From: an uncultured Bacteroidales bacterium
GTDB lineage: Bacteria; Bacteroidota; Bacteroidia; Bacteroidales; BM520
Direction of reading: 5' to 3'
NCBI GenBank assembly: GCA_964594665.1
Contig: CAZQNY010000004.1
Span: forward strand, 185 to 64,184
DNA: 64,000 bases
Each line of letters begins with the position of its first letter. Positions within the stretch are counted from its first letter, which is position 1. Below, one piece after another: positions 54,792-63,334 of the stretch. A program made the position numbers and the translations under genes. Under the pieces are notes generated by a model. The model searched no databases and was not told the DNA's origin. It saw nothing but the letters and a program-made list of their open reading frames with translations.

Positions 54792-55439
54792 ATGTTAAGT
54801 GACGTATTATTAATAGAGGATAAGCATCAGCTGGCAGCTCAGAAAATTTTCGACCATATTGAAGAAATCCGTAATGGTCGGTTTGTAGTTGCTATTTCTG
54901 GAGAAAGTGGATCAGGAAAAACCGAATTATCGCACTGCCTGGCAAACCTATACAAAAAAGCGGGGCTCAAAGCCAAGCCTTTGCATACCGATAATTATTA
55001 TATGAGTCTTCCCGAAGAACGCAACCAGTGGAGGGAAGCGCACGGTAGAGAAAGTATCGGGTATACGGAATACGACTGGGCTGTCATCAACAAAAATATC
55101 GCAGATTTCCGTGCCGGTAAAGAATCGGAAATGCCGTGTGTTGACATTGTTACAGATCAGGTTGACAGACTAATTACAAACTTTGAAAAAGTCGATGTAC
55201 TGATTCTGGATGGTTTGTATGCATTGAAAACAGAAGATGTTGATCTGCGTGTTTTCATCGACATCACCTACCAGCAAACAAAAAAGGCCCAATTACGGCG
55301 TGGCAAAGAAGCCCAGACAGCTTTCCGGGCAATGGTTCTTGAACGTGAACATGAGGTAGTCACAAGCCTGAAAAAACTGGGAGACCTGTATGTTAACCTC
55401 ACTTATGATGTTTTTACAAAAGACAACTATACAGAATAA
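54792..55439 (+). CDS. Uridine kinase / phosphoribulokinase-family P-loop kinase of unknown substrate
   Basis: 215 aa with Walker A VAISGESGSGKT and the motifs TDNYYM, VLILDGLYAL and VFIDITYQQTKKAQLRRG. It is colinear with my recollection of E. coli Udk. Confidence 0.7.
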   Translation: MLSDVLLIEDKHQLAAQKIFDHIEEIRNGRFVVAISGESGSGKTELSHCLANLYKKAGLKAKPLHTDNYYMSLPEERNQWREAHGRESIGYTEYDWAVINKNIADFRAGKESEMPCVDIVTDQVDRLITNFEKVDVLILDGLYALKTEDVDLRVFIDITYQQTKKAQLRRGKEAQTAFRAMVLEREHEVVTSLKKLGDLYVNLTYDVFTKDNYTE

Positions 55440-55463
55440 TTTTCAAACCACATCTATAGTGAC

Positions 55464-55499
55464 AAACCCTGGTCCGCATTCTTCGGTTCGGGGTTTTTT
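55464..55499 (+). terminator. Probable intrinsic terminator after the P-loop kinase gene
   Basis: AACCCTGGTCCG, a 7-nt loop, and CGGTTCGGGGTT form an imperfect stem with wobble pairs, followed by T6. Confidence 0.5.
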
Positions 55500-55564
55500 A
55501 ATATATCGATACCATTCGCAACACTATCTTAACAGGTTTTTCTTCGCTCTTTTATAAATAGGTG

Positions 55565-55572
55565 TATTTTTG
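55565..55572 (+). promoter_or_regulatory. -7 box for the GH13 gene (internal promoter after a terminator-like hairpin)
   Basis: TATTTTTG lies 29 nt upstream of ATG 55602. Confidence 0.4.
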
Positions 55573-55601
55573 CAGTCAGAAATAATAGACGGGAACGAAG
55601 A

Positions 55602-57311
55602 ATGAGGACGAAAATAGCTATATATCAATTATTTCCACGGCTCTTTGGCAACGAGAACACCAATCTCACTCCTTTTGGTTCGAAAGAACAAAACGGATGT
55701 GGTACCTTTTCATCTATAAATGACAATGCATTAGAATCAATCTCAGCACTGGGTATCACACACATATGGTATACAGGTATTCCGGAGCACGCAACAACGA
55801 CTGACTATAGTGACATTGGCATTTCGCAAGACAACCCATGTGTTGTAAAGGGGCGTGCCGGGTCGCCCTATGCAATAAAGGACTATTACGATGTTTGTCC
55901 GGATCTGGCTGATGCTCCGCAAAAAAGGATGCAGGAATTCAAAGCACTTGTAAAGCGTACCCACGAGCACGGGCTTAAAGTTATCATTGATTTTGTTCCT
56001 AACCATGTCGCCAGGAATTACTTTTCCGATAATCTTCCGGAAGGGCACATACAGCTTGGAAAAACAGACGATCCTTCGGAGCGGTTTCTTCCGGATAACA
56101 ACTTTTACTATATCCCCGGAAAACGGTTTCTGGTGCCCGAAGAGGCTGCAGAAAAATGCCGTGGATATATGGATTTCCTGAAAACGCGGCCCTATTACGA
56201 ATATCCGGCAAAAGCCAGTGGGAATGATTGCTTCTCCCCTGCCCCATCGGCAAGCGACTGGTATGAAACAGCAAAGCTCAACTATGGCATAGACTACGGA
56301 TTTCATCAGGAACACCATTTTCCTCCTGTGCCCAATACATGGTACCGGATGCGTGATATTCTTGAGTATTGGTGTGATTCAGGCGTTGATGGCTTCCGCT
56401 GCGATATGGCTGAGATGGTACCCGTAGAATTCTGGAGCTGGGTTATTCCGCGGATAAAAGCCTGCAACCCGGGAGTATTATTTATCGCCGAAATCTATAA
56501 TCCGGCTGTTTATGGTAAATATATCTTTGAAGGTAAATTCGACTACCTCTACGACAAGGTTGGCTTATATGATACTCTTCGTAAACTTGTAGAAGGCAAA
56601 GGTAATATAGCGGATATCTCCCGCGTCTGGCAACACCATAACGGTATTGATGAGTATATGCTTCGTTTTATGGAGAATCATGACGAACAACGTATTGCTT
56701 CCCGTCAGTTTGCACTAATGCCAGAAAAGGCGCTTCCGGCAATGGTAATCTCCGCGTTGATGAACAAGGGCCCGGTGATGATCTACAACGGACAGGAGCT
56801 GGGTGAACAGGGCGACAAACTCGCCGGTTTCAGTGGTGATGACGGCAGAACAACAATCTTCGATTACTGGAGAATGCCAGAGGTACAGAAATGGAATAAT
56901 GGAGGCGCATTTGACACCACTAAACTTCCCAAAAAACAACAGAAAATCAGAACAGCATACAGCAATCTTCTGAATTTTTGCCGTAAATCTGATGCCATTG
57001 CCAACGGAGGTTTCTATGACCTCATGTGGGTAAACACACAACTTGAAGATCAACGGATTTATGCTTTCCTGAGACATAGCGACAGTGAGAATATACTTGT
57101 TGTTTGCTCCTTTAATGTTTTGCCACAAGAAATAACGGTTACGTTAACAAATCATGTTCTGCAGGCCATTGAGCTAAATACCGACTCTATTGAAATAAAT
57201 GAAGCTATTCCCTCTGAAAACAGGCATAGCAATATTCTCAAGAAATCTGAAAAAGGTTTTTCCTTTGCTATCGGGCTGGATGCTTTTGGATATAGTATTT
57301 TTCGTTTTTAA
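55602..57311 (+). CDS. Cytoplasmic GH13 alpha-amylase-family glycoside hydrolase
   Basis: 569 aa with no signal peptide. The GH13 regions are I (IIDFVPNHVA), II (GVDGFRCDMAEMV), III (FIAEIYN) and IV (FMENHDEQR). Confidence 0.85.
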   Translation: MRTKIAIYQLFPRLFGNENTNLTPFGSKEQNGCGTFSSINDNALESISALGITHIWYTGIPEHATTTDYSDIGISQDNPCVVKGRAGSPYAIKDYYDVCPDLADAPQKRMQEFKALVKRTHEHGLKVIIDFVPNHVARNYFSDNLPEGHIQLGKTDDPSERFLPDNNFYYIPGKRFLVPEEAAEKCRGYMDFLKTRPYYEYPAKASGNDCFSPAPSASDWYETAKLNYGIDYGFHQEHHFPPVPNTWYRMRDILEYWCDSGVDGFRCDMAEMVPVEFWSWVIPRIKACNPGVLFIAEIYNPAVYGKYIFEGKFDYLYDKVGLYDTLRKLVEGKGNIADISRVWQHHNGIDEYMLRFMENHDEQRIASRQFALMPEKALPAMVISALMNKGPVMIYNGQELGEQGDKLAGFSGDDGRTTIFDYWRMPEVQKWNNGGAFDTTKLPKKQQKIRTAYSNLLNFCRKSDAIANGGFYDLMWVNTQLEDQRIYAFLRHSDSENILVVCSFNVLPQEITVTLTNHVLQAIELNTDSIEINEAIPSENRHSNILKKSEKGFSFAIGLDAFGYSIFRF

Positions 57312-57332
57312 TCCCGGCTAATCACTGATGCA

Positions 57333-57360
57333 TTCCCGGGAGAGAAACACTTCCCGGGAA
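57333..57360. terminator. Hairpin between the convergent GH13 and acyl-CoA ligase genes
   Basis: TTCCCGGG, a 12-nt loop, and CCCGGGAA form the hairpin. There is no U-tract on either strand. Confidence 0.35.
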
Positions 57361-57393
57361 CAAAAGTAACCATCACAATAAGTTAAACAGGCA

Positions 57394-59046
57394 TTATGAA
57401 TACATAAATCGCTTGATACTGCGTTTTGGGGTTTTTGCAAACTCTTCACTATGAATTTCAAAAGTAGCAATATTCATATATCCCGGTAGTTTTTCATTGG
57501 TTTCCTTAATATATTTCTTTAGAACCTCAGGGAGCGTCTCATCAGTAATTCCTGCTTTTTTCATTGCATCTCTATCAGGATTTATCAGGGCGATCAACCT
57601 GCTTTCACGGCCTACAACAACAGACTCGGATACCATAAAACGGTTATTAAGCAGGGATTCTATTTCCTCGGGGTAAATATTCTTACCTGCAGCGGTAAGT
57701 ATCATGCTTTTGGAGCGGCCTTTAATAAAGATATTTCCATCTTTATCGATGACACCCAGGTCACCGGAGTGGAGCCATCCATCCTTATCGATTGCCTCTG
57801 CTGTAGCCTCAGGGTTTTTATAATACCCCTGCATCACATGATTTCCCCGCATAAGGATCTCTCCGACCTGGTTCTGTGGATCGTCAGAGTCGATCGTAAC
57901 TTCCAATTCATCCACTGCACGCCCGGAAGCGCCCAGTTTGGTTGTTTTCCACGAGGCATATGACACTAATGGACCACATTCCGTCATACCATAACCTACG
58001 GTAAACGGGAACTTAATTTTATTAAAAAAGCGTTCTGCTTCCGGGTTAAAAGCAGCACCCCCAATAACCAGTTCCCGGAAATTACCTCCAAAGACCTGAT
58101 ACATGGTATCTTTAATTTTTTTATAAATAAGCTTGTTAACAATGGGTATTTTGGAAAGAATAAAAACAGAACGTTTATGGAATAAGGGCATGATTCGCGT
58201 TTTGTAAATCTTTTCAATTACCAAAGGCACAGAAAGAATTAATGCGGGCTTAATCTCCTGAAATGCATCAGTAACAATTTTCGGTGAAGGAGTTCGTGTA
58301 AGAATCGTTATATGACACCCCAGTGTAAAGGGGAACAGAAATTCAAAAGCACATCCATAGGTATGAGCCATTGGCAGAAAGCTTACAATTTTGTCGTCTG
58401 CATTAAGCGGCATATTCTCCTGGGCATAATTCATGTTTCCGAGAAGGCTCTTATGTTGTAATACTACGCCTTTGGAAAAGCCAGTAGTCCCGGAAGTATA
58501 GCTTATCACAGCCACATCGTCATTATTACATTCAGGGAAGACCACATCTTCGGGGCTTAATCCTTCAGGATAGGATTCCTCAAATTGTTGAATTGCTTCA
58601 CCAATTTTTTTATCAAGGTCCTTTTCATAAACATGCAACAAAGAAAAATCCTGAATTTTAATTACCACACGCAGGTTTTTCATCTCCTCAGGGGTCAGCT
58701 TTTCCCAGAGGGAGTCACCCACAAAAAGCACTACTGAATCCGAGTGATTCACAATATGGTGACTATCAGCGGCTTTGAAGTCCGGCAAAATAGGTACAAT
58801 AACAGCCCCATAATTTACAGCAGCAAGATAGATAATTCCCCAGTTAGCTGAATTCTTGCCAATCAATGCGATTTTATCTCCCCGCTTGACGCCACAGGCT
58901 TCAAATACGGCATGGATTTTCATAATCCGGGTTCCAACATCCTGGTAGGTATTATCAGATCCTCGGTAGTCAGACAGGGCAGTTATTTTCCAGTTGTTTC
59001 GGATTGTGGATTGAAACAGCCGGACCAGATTTTCATGCTTCTTCAT
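57394..59046 (-). CDS. Long-chain fatty acid-CoA ligase (AMP-binding family)
   Basis: 550 aa with the AMP-binding motifs ISYTSGTTGFSKGVV, GYGMTE, GWLHSGDLG and GRSKSMI. Confidence 0.85.
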   Translation of the reverse strand: MKKHENLVRLFQSTIRNNWKITALSDYRGSDNTYQDVGTRIMKIHAVFEACGVKRGDKIALIGKNSANWGIIYLAAVNYGAVIVPILPDFKAADSHHIVNHSDSVVLFVGDSLWEKLTPEEMKNLRVVIKIQDFSLLHVYEKDLDKKIGEAIQQFEESYPEGLSPEDVVFPECNNDDVAVISYTSGTTGFSKGVVLQHKSLLGNMNYAQENMPLNADDKIVSFLPMAHTYGCAFEFLFPFTLGCHITILTRTPSPKIVTDAFQEIKPALILSVPLVIEKIYKTRIMPLFHKRSVFILSKIPIVNKLIYKKIKDTMYQVFGGNFRELVIGGAAFNPEAERFFNKIKFPFTVGYGMTECGPLVSYASWKTTKLGASGRAVDELEVTIDSDDPQNQVGEILMRGNHVMQGYYKNPEATAEAIDKDGWLHSGDLGVIDKDGNIFIKGRSKSMILTAAGKNIYPEEIESLLNNRFMVSESVVVGRESRLIALINPDRDAMKKAGITDETLPEVLKKYIKETNEKLPGYMNIATFEIHSEEFAKTPKRSIKRFMYS

Positions 59047-59077
59047 GTTTTTTTCTTTTTCGGGGCGGTTAGAAATA

Positions 59078-59085
59078 CAAAACTA
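59078..59085 (-). promoter_or_regulatory. -7 box for the acyl-CoA ligase gene
   Basis: The minus strand reads TAGTTTTG, about 32 nt upstream of ATG 59046. Confidence 0.4.
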
Positions 59086-59185
59086 ATATAGTTTTTGCAA
59101 TACACTTTTTGCATTTAGGGTGATAAAAGTAATAAAAATATACCAATAAAAAACATTGTTATGAAATGCATATTGTATTAGCAGC

Positions 59186-60118
59186 TTAAGGAAGTTTATT
59201 TCCACGGGCAGAAACCCATAGCGAATACCACTCATCGCGTGTAATTTCAAAATCCAATGTCCTGGCCAGCGATTTGATTCTTGAGGGAGTTGTACTACCT
59301 ATAACGGGAGCTATCGCTGCAGGCAGTTTCATCACCCAGTTTAGTGCCACTGCACCGGGAGTACAATTGTATTTTTCTGCTAATTGATTCAAATACACGG
59401 TTGTTTGTTTTTCTGACGGCGTACTATCGGGATGTATTGATAAAAAGCGGCCCTTATCCAGCGGGCTCCAGGCCTGAAGTTCCATACCTTTTGTCATTGC
59501 ATAATACAGCATTCCGTTTAACCCCTGATCCATAGGTGTTCCGGTATTCACAAATGCCGTTTCATCGACAAGAAATGAATGGCCAAGGCTAAACTGAATC
59601 TGATTTGCACGAAATGAAATTCCTGTTGAATGTTCCAGCCATTGTATTTGCGCAACAGACATATTCGAGACACCAAAAGACCTCACCTTCCCCTGCTGTT
59701 CAAGTTTATTCAAAACCTCTGCCAGTTCTTCAGGCTGTGCTAAAACATCCGGACGATGCAGCAACAACATATCAAGATACGACACCTGCAGACGATCCAG
59801 TATTCCCTCCACCTGCTGACGGATGTAAGATTCAGAAAAATCATAGTAGCTTGAGGCATGGGGACCTGCATGTAATTTTATACCCGTTTTACTTTGAATG
59901 ATAATCTTTTCCCTCATATCGGGGTTTTCCTTTAACCATAATCCAAAAACCTTTTCGGCTCTTCCCCCATTATATATATCAGCATTATCAAATATTGTAA
60001 TTCCCGAATCATATGCCATATCAAGAGCTGCAAAAGCATGGTTGCGCGTCTCTTTATCAATAACGGAGCCTGAGGGATTTCCTCCAAGTCCCATACAGCC
60101 ATAAATCAGATTTTTCAT
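59186..60118 (-). CDS. Aldo/keto reductase
   Basis: 310 aa with the AKR motifs GITIFDNADIYNGGRAE, LLLHRPD, VRSFGVSN and PVIGSTTPSRI. Confidence 0.88.
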   Translation of the reverse strand: MKNLIYGCMGLGGNPSGSVIDKETRNHAFAALDMAYDSGITIFDNADIYNGGRAEKVFGLWLKENPDMREKIIIQSKTGIKLHAGPHASSYYDFSESYIRQQVEGILDRLQVSYLDMLLLHRPDVLAQPEELAEVLNKLEQQGKVRSFGVSNMSVAQIQWLEHSTGISFRANQIQFSLGHSFLVDETAFVNTGTPMDQGLNGMLYYAMTKGMELQAWSPLDKGRFLSIHPDSTPSEKQTTVYLNQLAEKYNCTPGAVALNWVMKLPAAIAPVIGSTTPSRIKSLARTLDFEITRDEWYSLWVSARGNKLP

Positions 60119-60279
60119 AGTTTTCGTTTTACTTTATTAACACTTATTTATCCACTCAGTTCAATAGACCAACAATGAGAATAAAAAATGTTTTATTGAA
60201 TTCTATTGGCTACCATTATTTATATACACAAAGAAATTGTATTTTTATGCATTCAATTATTAACCTCATCCATCAGGTA

Positions 60280-60927
60280 ATGATTAAAAAAAATATAATC
60301 GATTTATCGCATTCCATTAATGATCAAATGTCTGTATATCCTGGCACAGAGGGTCCTGAAATCAGGCAAATTGCTTCCTGTAAACAAGATGGATATTGTG
60401 AATACCAGTATTCCTTTAGTTCGCATACCGGCACACACATAGATGCACCAGCACATATTTTGGAAAAGGGCAAAAAATTACATGAATATTCCATACACAA
60501 TTTTACAGGCAAAGCTATTTGTATTCCTGTTGACAAAGGTAAAAACATTGATGACACGCTCATTTTGAAGCATAAGAGAGTTATGTCAAAAGTTGACTTT
60601 ATTCTTTTTAACACCGGACATTCCAAATTCTGGGGACAGAAAGAATACTATATCGATTATCCAACATTTACTGAAAAGGCTTGTCAATTGCTGGCAACAT
60701 TTAATGTTAAGGGTATCGGAATGGATGTATGCTCTCCTGATCCTTTGCATTCGCAAGATCTTACAGCTCATAAAGTATTAATGAAATATCAGATTCTTCT
60801 TATTGAAAATTTAACGAACCTAAAGGTTCTGGAAGGGAAAGAATTCATCTTTTATGGTATTCCTTTGCCCATGCAAAACCCGGATGGATCACCTGTGAGG
60901 GCTTTTGCTACATTTGAAAATAAATAA
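60280..60927 (+). CDS. Cyclase-family protein (arylformamidase / kynurenine formamidase-like)
   Basis: It has the motifs IIDLSH.I...M.VYPG and HTGTHIDAPAH. I set the start at ATG 60280; the ORF track starts at 60175. Confidence 0.8.
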   Translation: MIKKNIIDLSHSINDQMSVYPGTEGPEIRQIASCKQDGYCEYQYSFSSHTGTHIDAPAHILEKGKKLHEYSIHNFTGKAICIPVDKGKNIDDTLILKHKRVMSKVDFILFNTGHSKFWGQKEYYIDYPTFTEKACQLLATFNVKGIGMDVCSPDPLHSQDLTAHKVLMKYQILLIENLTNLKVLEGKEFIFYGIPLPMQNPDGSPVRAFATFENK

Positions 60928-60958
60928 TATTTCTGCATAAAAAATACATCCATAAATG

Positions 60959-60966
60959 TATTTTTG
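60959..60966 (+). promoter_or_regulatory. -7 box for the AI-2E transporter gene
   Basis: TATTTTTG lies 42 nt upstream of ATG 61009. Confidence 0.4.
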
Positions 60967-61008
60967 CATCAGAGTCAAGAGGTCTCTATATTAATTAATC
61001 AATGAGTT

Positions 61009-62046
61009 ATGAATGCAACAAAGAAAATTTACTACCTGCTGCTCACAATAACAATTGTGCTTGCTTTAATCTATGGACAAAAGCTCATTGTACCTTTTGT
61101 TCTGGCGATTCTATTCTGGTTTTTAATCAGAGTAGTAAAAAAACTCATTGACAAAACCCGCCTAACCAAAAGATGGCCCAACTGGCTGATGACACTCTTG
61201 TCATCGATTGTTATTCTTGGTATGGTAGCTCTCTCTGCAAAATTAATCAGTGCCAATATCAAACAACTCTCCCAATCGATGCCGGCCTATGAAGCCAACG
61301 TCAGCAAAATAAGTCAATCAATAAACGATACCTTTAATATTGATCTCAATGAGGAAATAAAAGAACTTACCGGCAACCTGGAGTTTGGGTCTATTTTAGG
61401 ATCCATATTTAATGCGCTCAGGGGATTGATAAGCAACAGTTTCACCATTCTGCTATACCTGGTGTTTTTACTTTTGGAGGAATCGGTATTTCAAAACAAA
61501 CTGAAAGCAATTTATAAAGACCCTGAACGCCTGGAGCACATAAATGGCATACTGAAGGCTATTGATCATTCTGTAGGTAATTACATTTCTTTAAAATCTC
61601 TTATCAGCCTGATGACCGGGATATTAAGTTATATTGCATTACTTGCCATCGGCATTGATGCACCGTTTTTCTGGGCCTTCTTAATTTTTCTGCTAAATTT
61701 TATCCCAACCATTGGATCTCTTGTAGCAACAATTTTTCCGGCGATTTTTGCCATGTTGCAGTTCGGGGATATAACTCCGGCCATACTGGTTCTTGCAATC
61801 GTTGGGGGAATCCAGATTATCATCGGTAACTTTGTTGACCCGAGATTAATGGGAAACTCACTCAACATGAGCACATTAGTGGTATTCCTTTCCCTTATTC
61901 TCTGGGGTGCTTTATGGGGTATAATCGGAATGCTGTTGAGCGTACCTATTACGGTTATCTGCATACTTATCCTGTCGGAATTTCCCAGTGGCAGACCTAT
62001 TGCCATCATGCTAAGCAAAAGAGGTAATCTGAAAAAAATCGATTAA
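61009..62046 (+). CDS. AI-2E family transporter (PerM/UPF0118)
   Basis: 345 aa with ~8 TM helices and the C-terminal motifs FIPTIGSLVAT and LWGIIGMLLSVPIT. Confidence 0.85.
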   Translation: MNATKKIYYLLLTITIVLALIYGQKLIVPFVLAILFWFLIRVVKKLIDKTRLTKRWPNWLMTLLSSIVILGMVALSAKLISANIKQLSQSMPAYEANVSKISQSINDTFNIDLNEEIKELTGNLEFGSILGSIFNALRGLISNSFTILLYLVFLLLEESVFQNKLKAIYKDPERLEHINGILKAIDHSVGNYISLKSLISLMTGILSYIALLAIGIDAPFFWAFLIFLLNFIPTIGSLVATIFPAIFAMLQFGDITPAILVLAIVGGIQIIIGNFVDPRLMGNSLNMSTLVVFLSLILWGALWGIIGMLLSVPITVICILILSEFPSGRPIAIMLSKRGNLKKID

Positions 62047-62171
62047 CCTTTATGCAGGTGAACATACTCGCGCAGAATTACTAACCTGAATTCTGTAACC
62101 CTGATTTTTTAAAATGCTGGACATAAGGCTAGTATTGTTGTATCTTTATGGTAATCAATAAATTCTATACC

Positions 62172-63248
62172 ATGAAGCATCTGTACTTATCTCTTCTCAT
62201 TCCTCTGCTGCTGGGATTTCAATTTGCCCTCGGACAGGCTGTTGACAACAACAAAGACGGTTTCGATGACCTTACAGGAAAAACAATTACCGCAAGTTAT
62301 TTATTAAAAGACACCGGAGATGTGGTTCACTCTATTCCCTTGCCCAGCAGGTATTGTTGGGCATTAACATGGGACGGGGAGGCATTATGGACAGCAAATT
62401 ATGTCACAAAGACACTTATAAAGCTCGATCCGGAAACAGGAAATGAGTTATTATCGTTCGCTTACCCCACTGTTGTAAAATATATTGAAGGCCTCGCATG
62501 GGACGGTGAATATCTGTGGGCTACCGGATGGTATGAATCCAACGGCAATGGCAGTCATATTTTCAAGATTGACCCGCAAACAGGAGAAAAGCTTAAGGAT
62601 CATTTGTATCCCTCTTCAGATCCCTGGCCACATGGCCTTGCATATGACGGCCAATGCTTATGGAGCGCCAATTATATCTATGAAGGCACCAGTACTATGG
62701 ATAAAATTGAACCGAACTCAGGAGAGCTTATTGATTCCTATAATATTATCGACCATCATTACTTTGGCCTGACCTGTGATGGGAACAGCCTTTGGTGCTC
62801 TGATATGGACAATCATATGCTCTATGAAATACGATATCCCTCCGCATTTGTTGAGCTTGAGGTATATGCTCCATGCGGAAACCCGCGTGATATGGCCTGG
62901 GACGGAGAGTATTTATGGGTAGTATCGTGGGAAAATGAAACAATCTATCAGATAAATGTCGGACCTGCAGGAATACATGAAGAAAATCACAATTCAATAT
63001 CCGTGTATCCAAATCCTGCCAATTCAACTTCTGTTATTGCATTTATCCCAAAAAAAACCGGAAACATTCATTTTACCCTAATAAATATTCTGGGAGAAGT
63101 TGTTGCTGAAACTAAAAAAGATGTTACATCAGGAAATAAATTCATTTTCCCTCTGAATGAATTATTACCAACACCTGCTGATAATGGTATATTTCTCCTT
63201 AAATCAGAGATGGGAAAAAACTCTAACGTCTGTAAAATTATCTTTTAA
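62172..63248 (+). CDS. Secreted beta-propeller-like repeat protein with T9SS C-terminal sorting domain
   Basis: It has a signal peptide and five W/Y-D-G-x-x-L-W repeats (TWDGEALWTANY, AWDGEYLWATGW, AYDGQCLWSANY, TCDGNSLWCSDM, AWDGEYLWVVSW). The C-terminal SVYPNPANSTSVIAF is a Por secretion tail. Confidence 0.65.
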   Translation: MKHLYLSLLIPLLLGFQFALGQAVDNNKDGFDDLTGKTITASYLLKDTGDVVHSIPLPSRYCWALTWDGEALWTANYVTKTLIKLDPETGNELLSFAYPTVVKYIEGLAWDGEYLWATGWYESNGNGSHIFKIDPQTGEKLKDHLYPSSDPWPHGLAYDGQCLWSANYIYEGTSTMDKIEPNSGELIDSYNIIDHHYFGLTCDGNSLWCSDMDNHMLYEIRYPSAFVELEVYAPCGNPRDMAWDGEYLWVVSWENETIYQINVGPAGIHEENHNSISVYPNPANSTSVIAFIPKKTGNIHFTLINILGEVVAETKKDVTSGNKFIFPLNELLPTPADNGIFLLKSEMGKNSNVCKIIF

Positions 63249-63334
63249 AACAACCCATTACATTTTGTAATCGTATTTTGTACTCCTTTAAAAAAGGAAT
63301 TCCTATTTTAGCGTCCCACAAACGACAACAAAGT

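Noticed and set aside
52168-56318. Long minus-strand ORFs inside the GH65 (52168-52629, 52641-52997) and GH13 (55743-56318) genes
   Set aside because: These are antisense shadow ORFs within well-supported glycoside hydrolase genes. They have no recognisable domains or independent signals.
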